A stretch of 64,000 bases of DNA from Azolla caroliniana (Eukaryota > Plantae > Polypodiophyta), in assembly GCA_043228905.1 (NCBI GenBank), contig JBHGNT010000017.1, positions 1,736,001-1,800,000 on the forward strand, read 5' to 3'. The notes beneath the pieces are model-generated. The model saw only the letters and a list, made by a program, of their open reading frames with translations. It searched no databases and was not told where the DNA came from. The translations under genes were made by a program, and so were the position numbers. Below, piece after piece: positions 10,985 to 21,595 of this stretch (position 1 is its first letter; each line of letters begins with the position of its first letter).

Positions 10985-13244
10985 TGTAAAGAATTGATGG
11001 TGATTCTTGTGCAGCGGAATAGATGTGTGTTATGCGCGTATATGTGTGAGAGGAAAAGAGAGGAGAGAAAATAGAATACTCAAGGTGTATATTTCACAAG
11101 TAGAATAAGATTTTCAAAATGTAGCATAACAAGGAGTCACAACTGACTTAATATGAAGTATGAGGAGGGTGCTTTATATATATAGTTACCCTCTCTCTTC
11201 ATTAACTAACTACAACAACCACTCTCTCTCTTGGGGAATATGTAACTCATTTGTTATGTTTCATAGAATATGATTCTATGACACATAGTTAATGTGTAGA
11301 GAGTAGTGGTGTGACTCTTGACTATTGAAAGGTGTGTTCACACGTTGTGTTATGTTGAGCTTGATTCTCAACATGCCCCCTCAAGCTCAACTTGGGTTGG
11401 TTCCTTTCGATTGATGTCCGCTTCAGTTGGTATCCAGTTCGGACGATCTCCTTCATGTCGAAGTAATTCATTGTTGTCCGTCATCTCGAATTTGTTGGAG
11501 AGGAGGGACTTCACCTTGTTGATGTCGACTAAATGCTCACCTCCAATCACCAAATCATCCACGTATAGGATGATGAAAATCGAGCTTCTAGAGTCATTTC
11601 GTACGTAGAAGCAGTTGTCAGATTTTGACATTCGAAAGCCGATTCGATGAAGATATTGCATAATCTTTGAATGCCAAGCACGCGGTGCTTACTTGAGGCC
11701 GTAGAGTGGCTTCTTGAGTCAGCACACGACTTTCGGATGAGTACGCGATTCGAAGTTGGGTGGTTGTACCATGTATACCTCCTCTTCTAATTCGCCTTGA
11801 AGAAAGGCGTTCTTTACGTCCATCTGATGGAGATGACACCCTTTTGCCGCTGCGAGTGCAATTACGGTCCGCACCGTTGTCATCTTTGCCACGGGGGCAA
11901 ATGTCTCTTCATAGTCGACTCCATGTGTTTGTGCATATCCTTTTGCTACGAGTCGAGCTTTGTAGCGGTTTATGGAGCCATCAACGTTATATTTCACCTT
12001 GTAGATCAATCTGCAACCGATCGCCTTCTTGTGCGGTGAGTGGGGAACAAGATCCCATGTTTCCTTCTTGCAAAGTGCCCGCATCTCCTCGTTCATTGCT
12101 TCGACCCATCGCGGGTCCTTCACAGCTTCGGAAAAGGTTTCCAGCTCCCGTATTGTTGCTACCTTCATCATAAAGGCGTAATGGTACACCATATAATCGT
12201 TGTAGTCGAATCAGCTTACGGGGTTCTTTTCACAGGTGGATCGGCGGAGCTTCTCGTTTCCGGATACTAAGGCTTTCTTCACTCCATTTGTTCGGATGTC
12301 AAGGCCGTCGAACTCACTATCGAGGGAGTGAGTTGATTCGTTGTCGTCGAAGTGATTGTCTTCATACTCCGGCATTTTCGCCTTCCCTTTGTCCAGCTTC
12401 GAACTCGGCCGAGATGTGCTTTGATCGCTCGAAGGTTCTTGAGGCCCACTAAGCCTTGTTGTAATTGGGCTTTCTTCGAACATGCGCGTGAGCCGATCTT
12501 CGGCTTCTATCTCTATTTCGGCGTGAGCTGACGAGGTATTGGGTCATCTTGTACTCCCAAGATGAATAATTTCCCCTGTCTAACTTTTCACTAGGGAGCG
12601 ACCTACCCATTTGTGTGTTCATGTTGATTGTAGTGTCTTCTCTTCTTTTGCTTTTCTTCCTTCGATCATGTACACATGCTACGTAGCGGCACTACGATAG
12701 CCGATAGTCGGATTTTGTCGTCGGCGTCTCAAACGCACAATCATGGAGTTGGGTGGGCTTAGTGGATTTTCTAAACCACACACTCTGATACCATGTTAGA
12801 ATTAGGTGATTAACTACGGGTTAATTAGTATCTAATTATGTGATTAGTTGATAAGCGGAAGATTAAGTGATATGTGTGGGTATGTGTGTAAGAGGAAGAG
12901 AGAGAGAGGAAGTTAACACTTATGAACAACACAAGATGGGGGATGATTAACTCTATATTAAATTAGCATCATCATCATCAACAAATACAAAAATACCTAC
13001 AATGAGGTATATATACCAACTCTATATATACAAAGGGTGCACATGTGTGAGGAGAATCTAGGTACAAAGGTGTAAGTCCTATATTAAATGTACTTGGGAG
13101 TGGAGGATCTAGAATATCCCACTTAAGTACAAGGTCCTATTTAAGGCGTTATAGTCAACACTTCTAACTAGATTCTATCTAGGTAACTATGAAGTTACAT
13201 GGTTGACTAACTAACTAAACTAAGTTGAGCTTGATCTCTCAACA
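10985..13244 (-). mobile_element. Internally deleted copia element with two dissimilar LTRs (unit 1)
   Basis: LTR 10985-11373 followed by a PPT, RT fragments at 11460-12192, a gag N-terminal stub near 12540-12620, iMet PBS at 12783-12793 and LTR 12794-13244. No matching TSD. Confidence 0.85.
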
Positions 13245-13258
13245 ATATACATATATAT

Positions 13259-13297
13259 ATCCCACATACAAAGCCATGTTTTGGTGTGTCCTATAAG
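13259..13297 (+). promoter_or_regulatory. snRNA promoter (USE + TATA) of the truncated U2
   Basis: ATCCCACATAC at 13259-13269 and TATAAG at 13292. Confidence 0.8.
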
Positions 13298-13325
13298 TAT
13301 GGAAAGTAGAAGCATATAACAAATG

Positions 13326-13360
13326 ATACCTTTATCGGCCATTTGGCTAAGATCAAGTGT
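13326..13360 (+). pseudogene. U2: U2 snRNA 5' stub (35 nt)
   Basis: ATACCTTTATCGGCCATTTGGCTAAGATCAAGTGT matches the U2 5' end with 2 mismatches to the full copy at 26873. Its upstream flank is paralogous to that of the full copy. Confidence 0.88.
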
Positions 13361-13371
13361 TTGGTTGTAAC

Positions 13372-13804
13372 TGTAAGGAACAATACTAACACAGAGAAGG
13401 AATTAGTACTAAACGAAGGATTAGTACTATGAGAGGTGTAGAACTTCTTTGAGAGGAGGAAGTGAGTGAGACGTAGAGAAAGAGAGAGGGAGAGAGAGGG
13501 AGAGAGTGATGATAAGAAAGATATGTATTATGTGAAGAGAATATACAATGGTGGCTAAAAGGCTTAAGACTGGCGTTGAACCAATTTGGTTCAACATAAT
13601 GCCTAGTGCCCTCTTTTATAGTGTTTTCAGGAGTAATCCTGAAGCTTCTAGAATGTTCTAGAGAAATCTAGAATATACATTAATTTCCTATAATAAAATG
13701 TAAATGAAAATAATATCCTACGTATTACAATAGATGATATAATGGTCAAGAGCTCGACCCATATAACCTAAGGTCATGGGTTCGAGTCTTGCCATATCAT
13801 GATA
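13372..13804 (-). mobile_element. Solo LTR of the Tcn1-like chromovirus
   Basis: Matches the LTRs at 42160 and 47271 and sits at the orthologous site. Flanks GTAAC/GCAAC form a degenerate 5-bp TSD. Confidence 0.9.
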
Positions 13805-14239
13805 GCAACAAGCAGCGCGTGGGCTCTCTTCGCCTTCGGCGGGTTCTCAGCACGTCGCATCCTAGTGTGTCTGTGTGCGTGTGGGTGTCGATTTCTATCG
13901 TGGTGGTGAGCCCGTGCACTCAACGGAAGTTCGGTGGCAGGTTTCACTCCTCGGCATGCAAGACCCATTCGAGCCGGCGAGCCCGAGTGCTCCCCATAGG
14001 CCGCTTGGCGATAGGAGGCGGTTCTAGCAGAGAGGTGCCATGCATGAGGATCTCTTCGCGCGAACACGCATGGGTGCTTCCCGACCGATCCTAGGATGCA
14101 AGCCCACTCGCACTTGCCGAGCGACACTGGCGCGGTTAGCTTAGGTGTGGATATACATGTGTGTGTGTTTCCGGTTAGCTTAGGGTTCGAGTGCGGGTGC
14201 ATGCGCGGTTGTCGGGGTAGGTGTGCCGGCAGTAGTCGG

Positions 14240-14270
<31 letters not shown>

Positions 14271-14572
14271 CCCGGGCACAACTAACCGGGTTGTACATAC
14301 CGACGTGAAGGGCGGCAAGGATGAGGGCGCACTCTCTCATTCCTCATGCGATTACCCGTCGTGTCCAGAGAGTTTCCAGAACCGGCCGGACGGCAAGGTC
14401 CGACAATGCGGCAAGCTCTAGAGGATTCGGGTTTCCGGCAACTCCTCCCCTCCTGGTCCATGACCCTGGTGTTCCCGCCCAAATCCGACATGTAAGCGTA
14501 GATTTCCGCGGCAACGTTCTCTATCCTCTAGTTGCGCCACTAATGCAGACCCAATGCCCAAAATGTAAATAA

Positions 14573-16488
14573 TGTTGGGGCTTGTCCACTCAAGTGGAGC
14601 CCACATCAACTAGAGTCGACTGAGCATCGAACGGTCATGGGGCCAAAAAGGAGAAAAGTGATAATTACTTATAATTATATATACATATGCCTTTTTTTAT
14701 GTATTGTTTTTGGGTGTGTATCTTTTGTGTGTGTGTGTGTGTGAACGTAGGTACATAGACGTTGGACAACAAAGAGAAAAACAAAAAAGAAGGAGAAGGG
14801 GGAAATATAGCTCGATCGGATTTTCTGAGTGTACAGAGAGCAAAACAGAAAATTGTGGGAAGAACAGAAAAACAGAGAGAGAGAAACAGAAAAAGAAAGA
14901 GGGAGCAAGAGAAAGAGTTGACTACCGATGTAGAGACAGAGACCTACAAGGGGTTGTTCGTGTTATCGAAGAACCACAATTGAACAACACTTGTCCTGTC
15001 TAGTTGTTTCAAGTTTCTTCGTTTTATGTTTCTCTAGTTTTCGTTTTCTCTGGTTTATCCACCCAATCGGGTGAGGATCGTAGCCAAGGTTGTTGCCTTG
15101 AAGCTAATATATTTCCTCTAGACAAAAACCTAGAGAGACTAGTACATTCCTTGTGCTTATTGTTATTGTATCCACCCAATCGGGTGACGATTGTAGCCAA
15201 GGTTGCTGCCTTGAGGCTAGGACATTTCTCTAGTCAAAACCTAGAGAGTTCGTACGCAGTTTGTAATCCTTGTTATTCTATCCACCCAATTGAGTGAAGG
15301 TTGTAACCAAGGCCATTGCCTTGAGGTAGATACACCCCTCTAGTGAGGTCGTATTCCGTTGTACTCAAAGATATAGTGAAGTTGTTTGGAACCTAAGGTA
15401 CCCGTGGTTTTCCCTATTTTGGGTTTTCCACGTTAAAAATTTTGGTGTACTCTCATTTTCTGTCTTGTGGTTTCATCTGTGGTTTAATTTTTCTTGATTG
15501 AGTTGGTAGTCCAAATCATCCCGATTCGGATCCATATTCCCAACAAGTGGTATCAGAGCGAGATTCATACCCTCCGCAAAAACTTGGAATATAGATGAAT
15601 CATTAGGCGGGATGATTAAACTTACAGGATCCAACTACCCCATTCCTCCTTATGATCATTTGCCATAGCTTCTCTAAAGCTTCCTGGCTCTCCTCCATCT
15701 GAAAGCATCACATATTCATGTGGGTTGTATCTAGTAGAAGGTCTTCTTTGTCTCATAGACCTTCTAACCTCTTCCTCTTTCGGAGGAGCTGCTGAAATGT
15801 CACCTAGAGTATGATGGTCATGATTCTGCCCATCATCATCGTCAGTTGCATCATCAACCATATCATCATACTCCTCGATATCTCCCCCATGACCTTGTGT
15901 GTCTGGGGTAGGAATTGGGTGTTCAGTGACTGAAAAATCAGGGGTGAGATCCTGCATTTCATTTAGCTCCGAATCTTGTAAGATCTGATCCTCAAGGAAT
16001 ACCACATCCCTGCTTCTAATGACCTTCTTCTCTACTGGGTCATAAAGTCTATAGCCGAATTCCTCATGGTTGTATCCCAAGAATATGCATGGTTTGCATT
16101 TGTCATCAAGCTTGGATCTTTCATCTTTTGGGATGTGAATGTAGGCCCTACATCCAAACACTCTCAAATGTTTGTATGACACATCTTTACCGGTCCAAAC
16201 CCTCTCGGGAACATCGTCATCCAAGGGGGCTGACGGAAATAGGTTTATGAGGTCAATTGTAGTCCTCATTGATTCACCCCAAAAAGGATTTAGGCAATTT
16301 TGGGTGGGATAACATACATCTTATCCACTCACAAATTGTCATATTCATCCTCTCAGCCACACCATTGTGTTGAGGTGTTTTCAGGACACTTCTCTCTAGT
16401 CTAATACCATGCTCATGACAATATTCCTCAAATCATCCTTCATATTCACCGCCATTATCGGCACGAATACATTTCAACATTCTTCCAG
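14573..16488 (+). mobile_element. Rearranged copia remnant 'Copia-C' (5' LTR, PBS and gag start on +; integrase fragment inverted)
   Basis: LTR TGTTGGG..CCCAACA at 14573-15545, PBS TGGTATCAGAGC at 15548-15559 and gag start MIKLTGSNY near 15612. A Tnt1-like integrase C-terminus follows on the minus strand at about 15640-16488. Confidence 0.88.
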
Positions 16489-16998
16489 TTTACATTTTGG
16501 GCATTGGGTCATGCATTACCTTCAATCCCACAAACTCTCTATCCTTTGTTCGGGCCACTAATGCGGACCCAAAGCCCAAAATGTAAATAATGCAAACCTG
16601 AACCTAAACAAGCAATGGGTACTAAAGGGTTGGTAGATAACTGCCCGTTTGTTACACTTCTCTTTACACTTCCTATTCGATGGGGTATGCATACCCATGA
16701 TGCTCTGCACCGTATCATGGTAAGAATTTGGTAATCATGGGTTCTATGCATAGCATGTCTAGCAGTGATCATGGGTGCATAGACATGCCATGTGCTGCCA
16801 TATATATATATATGCGCGTCCATATACAATCCATGATTCTGTCTCTCTATTATGTATGCACTCTTTCTCCATCTCCACCTATTGTTTTAGTCCATCTGTT
16901 TTTTGAATTGCATAATCGTGCTCCCAAATTTCTAATATTAAAACTCACTTTCCAAAAGCTTAGAAGGGCCCAATTTGATTTTGGAGATAAATTGAAAG

Positions 16999-17161
16999 GG
17001 GGGCCGCGCGAACGCGAGCCCCCGCTGCCACAAATTATGACGTGCACTCTCCCACATTGGGGAGATGTTAGGGCAAACAGCCCCTCCGGCAGTGCAATGG
17101 AGGCGCCGGCCCTAAGCCATCGACCTTGTTGATCACCGATAGACCCCGCCCAGGTAAGTAT
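16999..17161 (-). ncRNA. U1: U1 spliceosomal snRNA
   Basis: The minus strand begins ATACTTACCTGG and has loop I GATCAACAAG, loop II ATTGCAC, Sm site AATTTGTG and a terminal TTCG hairpin. Confidence 0.95.
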
Positions 17162-17186
17162 GTTTTGCTGCAGCTCAAACCACTCA

Positions 17187-17226
17187 ATTTATACCTCCCT
17201 TCCTCCCCGTCCTCTCTATGTGGGAC
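17187..17226 (-). promoter_or_regulatory. U1 promoter (USE + TATA)
   Basis: GTCCCACATAG at 17226-17216 and TATAAAT from 17193. Confidence 0.85.
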
Positions 17227-17919
17227 AAATAGAAGGTACACTCTCTATCTTCACTTTTCCATTTCCGCTCTTTTTGTATGTTATATGTACGCATTCCCTT
17301 CGCCATGACACACTCAACGCTACCACTACTACTACTTTTACTAACCATCCTATCCCGTGATGTTTCCCTCATTGCACAATCTATGATATACATAATGTGG
17401 GTACATGTGTTGCTTCTTAGATGCTATACGAAGCAAAATGAAACTAGTTCATGAGTGAGTGGGCACTACTCACTACCCATTATTATTGTACATGGAAACT
17501 CACATCCTAACCACCAAATTTGTGTTGGATGCTAATCCTCGAGGAATTTGAGAGGGGCAATATTCCACATGGTTCAAATGTTGCATCCAACATTGGAAAA
17601 GTTGTCTAGACGAGAAATGGGGGACACACGAATTTGTGTGCCAAATGACTTCTCCAATGAAGAGGTGGACCCTTGTTTGACGACACACATTAGTTATGCC
17701 AACTTGTTGGTTTGTGAACTTGTATGAACATTTTACCCACCAACTACAACGAGATTTAGTACAACCCCTCCTTAATCTTTAATTTGAGTTTAACACTGAT
17801 TAGGGTTAAGAGCTAATTAAGCCAAACTCTAATCACTTCATTCTTGTAAGTGTGTGACACACTCTTTCATAATAAGTTGTGTGCATTATCTCTTACTCTT
17901 TTCACGTATGTAATGTTAA

Positions 17920-18982
17920 GGGAAAAGTACCAGGATACCCCTGGAAGTTCGTCTATTTACCAGAATGTCCCTGGAAGTTCCAAATTTACCAAACTACTAC
18001 CTCTATGTCCAAAAAAATACACATTATAAAGTAATTATACACTCAAATCTACAAGCCCTATTTACCAAAATACCCTTCAAACACAAATTTCTTTACTTAC
18101 ACGATTGTTTGGGTCCTTTGTACCTAACAATGTAGTCTTTCTTTTCTTTCTTCTTCATTGGGTTTATCAATCATCTTCATCATCAAGATATGGGGTTATC
18201 TTGTGCATTATTAGATATTTTGTTGAGTCGATAGATATATTTGATTGTGTGGATATTTTTGGAATTACACTTTTTATAGACGGGTCAAAATTAACATGTA
18301 ATTATTACATTTCGATAATTAATTTTGGTTTGCGAGTATTTTTGAAATTGATAAGATTGAGGAGATTTAGTTGTGATTGCATTTTGCTAACAAAATTTAG
18401 TTTAAAACCATGAAATTTGGTTTAAGATGGCATTTTAATAGCAAAGTGTTATGTGAGATTTCGTTTAAAATGACATTTTGGTAGCAATGTTTTTCATGAG
18501 ATTTGGTTTAACATTTTGGCTGCAAATTGTTTGTGAATTCGTAAATTCATGGAATTTGGCTTCAAAATGGCATCCCAATGGTAAAATTTGGTGTGTGATC
18601 AAATGTTTTGGTTTTAAGATTAAATTTTGGTCACTTCAATCAAAAAATTTATAACTCGGTGTAAATTCATAGAATTGGATTTTAAGGTGACCTTTCAATT
18701 GAAATTATTGATATATAATATAATTTTGATAATTTAGTTTGATTGATGATGTATTTTGAAAAATAAAAGTGGTATAAATTGGTCAAAATAGGTATATAGT
18801 GGCATTATGGTAAATAAGTTTAGGTTTAAGGGTACTCTGGTAAATAAGGCTTGTAGATTTGAGTGTATACTTACTTTATAAAGAGTCTTTTTTTGGACAT
18901 AGGGGTAGTTTGGTAAATTTGGAATTTCCGGGGGCATTCTGGTAAATAGACGAACTTTCAGGGGTATCCTGGTACTTTTCCC
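17920..18982. mobile_element. Non-autonomous Mutator-like element (MULE/MITE)
   Basis: Long TIRs of about 160 bp (GGGAAAAGTACCAGGATACCCC...), 9-bp TSD TAATGTTAA at 17911-17919 and 18983-18991, and an AT-rich non-coding interior. Confidence 0.92.
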
Positions 18983-21595
18983 TAATGTTAATTAGTATAC
19001 TCTATCAAGAATGAACGATCAAGCGAGAGAGAGAACCACTAGGGTTACTTAAGCTAGTAGCTCATGAGTGACCGACATCCACTATTGCCATATTCTCTAC
19101 TAATAGAGTATACGTTGATCCAGATCCTCAACCCAATGATATTGATGGGAGTCATAACTCCATTAATACATAAAACACGTTCTTGTTCATGCACATAGAA
19201 ACCACACATGGACTACCCCCAACACAATCATGTGTTGCACAAAAGAAGAGCATCATACCCCACCAACAGATACATAATGCAAAACACAACCATCACACAA
19301 CGAAAAGTGGCTCTCTTAGAACACAACAACGTGAGCCCGACACAAGCAACACCTAATTGACAACTACAACCCAAAGGCCCACCACAATCCCCTAGCTCAA
19401 ATTGAACACACTAACCATTGGAGGATATAAAGCAAATTGGAGACCCACAAAGATACGACGATACCTGAGTGCACATGGAACTCTCAACCATCACGTTTGT
19501 CCATCTAACAAAGGACACTCGACAAGCCAAAACACTTCATGTTGTGAAGGTTACACAATTATAACCACAACTAGACGTTTGGACTAGAGACCAAAAAAAC
19601 AAAATCCCTACCTTGACCATGCAAGAACAGAAGCCAACACACTTCAAAATCAAATAGGACAACTCAAAACTAAACTAGTCATGCTCTTAGCCAAAGTGGA
19701 GGCCATGAAAGATTGAATAAATATAACCTCTAGCGTGCAAAAGGAGGGCGGAGCTAGAAAAGCATATTAGTGTCCTATGCACAACCAAGCAAGTACTAGA
19801 ACGACACCTAAGACAAATGCGCACCAGCTTCCCAACTCCAACAAAATAGCTCAACTCCACTTGAGTATGCAAAGAGGGTTCGACAAACCTCGTCAAGAGC
19901 GAATAAAATGCCATACCATCACATATGGTTTGAGCAGTACTTGTGTACACAAGGACAACTTCATACCAAACAAAGCTATTTATAACTCCCTTGTACACCT
20001 TGAGTAATCATGTAACAAATGAAACAAGCTCTTTTGGTTTTGTTGACCACAAAGAAGGTGTTCAAGGAATATCTGCAATGCCCATAATTGGCTAGCAAAC
20101 AATGTAAAAGAATTCCTCGGCACCTCCTAGATGCAATACGTCAAACTTCCCCCTCTCAACTTCCAACGCCTCCCCCATTGCCTTCAACATCCTCTCAATT
20201 GTGCTCCAAGCCCCACCTACTCCATCCTCAACAACACAACTCCACCCCTTCCCAACAACACCCCATGCCCCGCCCCGCCCCCCCCCCCCCCCCATCTGCA
20301 TCAAGACCCATTTTGACTCCATTCGCCTATTCTCTACTCCCAATGTTGTGCACCCAAGAGTGTGCAATCATTATGCTAGGGGGAATGTTCAATACCCGCC
20401 ATTCATAGCAAAAACTACAAAGACATCGAGAACCAAAATATATTGGAAGCTCAAATGAACTCTAGAAAAAGAGGGATAGAATAAATCTCACTGAAAGCTA
20501 GAGGGCAAATGCCCACTCTAATATGAAAGTGTCCCAAACCCATTTTAAAAATTTATAAAAGTCATGTATTTGGTGACTTTGGTAGTTCTTATATCTTCTT
20601 GGGTTTTCTCCTTTTAACATAGCTTTATTTAGAGCTCTAATTCCATCTCCTGAATCTTCCACTTGAGTTTCAGAGTGAGTAAGGTTAAGCGCTAATTAGC
20701 AAAACCTTAATCACTCTGCCTCTTGTATGTGTGTTGTATACTTTCTTTATAATGGAAATGGTGATTGTCTTTCTTTATATGTACTATGTTGTTTACATAT
20801 TTGGTTAACTGTAATAATCTATTACTAGAGAGAGTTAACATGTGACAATGAATGTGAAATGTATGTGTACTGGTATGATTTAATAAATTTGTGTTAACAC
20901 GGAATATTTGATGTATGTTTGTGTGTGTATGAATGGATGTTTGGATGTATAATTGATTGTATGAATATGTACATATATGTGCATGATTTAATGAATATGT
21001 GTTAAATCAATGCGTTCAGTGTATGTATAAATGTTTTTATTACTTTATGTGTGTATAATTATATTTATGTGTGTATGATTGTATCAATATGTATGTATAT
21101 ATGTTTATATATGCTTTGTGTGTGTGTGTGTTTGAGAGAGAGATTGTGTGTAGTTAATTAACTTATGTGTTTAACCCTAAATCCTACATAGCTATATGTA
21201 GGTTGTGGCATGGGGGAAATGGAGGGTTCAAGTGAAGATTGACCAGGAAATTGCGAATCTGTGGTGGGGTCAGCTTTGTCATGTGGGATAGTGGGTGGCG
21301 TCAAAGTCCATGGGGAGTCTTACGTGGGGAGCCTTACGTCTGGATCGGGAGTTACTCTCTAAATGAATGACTCATTCTGCTTCTTTGACGTAATCAATTA
21401 CTCCGCAAAGAATCCATTGCTGTTCATCACTCCCCTTCCCATCTTCAAACGTATTCATCACGTTGGTTGCAGTTGGTTTCCTCTATTCCAAAACTTCCAT
21501 CTCTTTCACTCACTCACTCCCCCTCCTCCATCGTATCCAACACTCCATTCCTCCTCGGCTGGTTTCGACCATCCTTAATATTCCGTTTTCACGAG

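Noticed and set aside
13735-13795. Possible tRNA gene
   Set aside because: It has A/B-box-like motifs but no convincing cloverleaf, so it is treated as a SINE-like insert.
15055-15345. Regularly spaced repeats of about 115 bp resembling an array
   Set aside because: They are degenerate tandem repeats inside the Copia-C LTR. The context is eukaryotic with no cas genes, so this is not CRISPR.
19000-20300. Possible degraded transposase
   Set aside because: I could not read any diagnostic motif in any frame, so it is left unassigned.
21467-21595. 43-codon N-terminal extension of the RLP in the ORF track
   Set aside because: It begins at a non-ATG codon, and the paralog has an in-frame TAG just before the ATG. 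The signal peptide starts at 21596.
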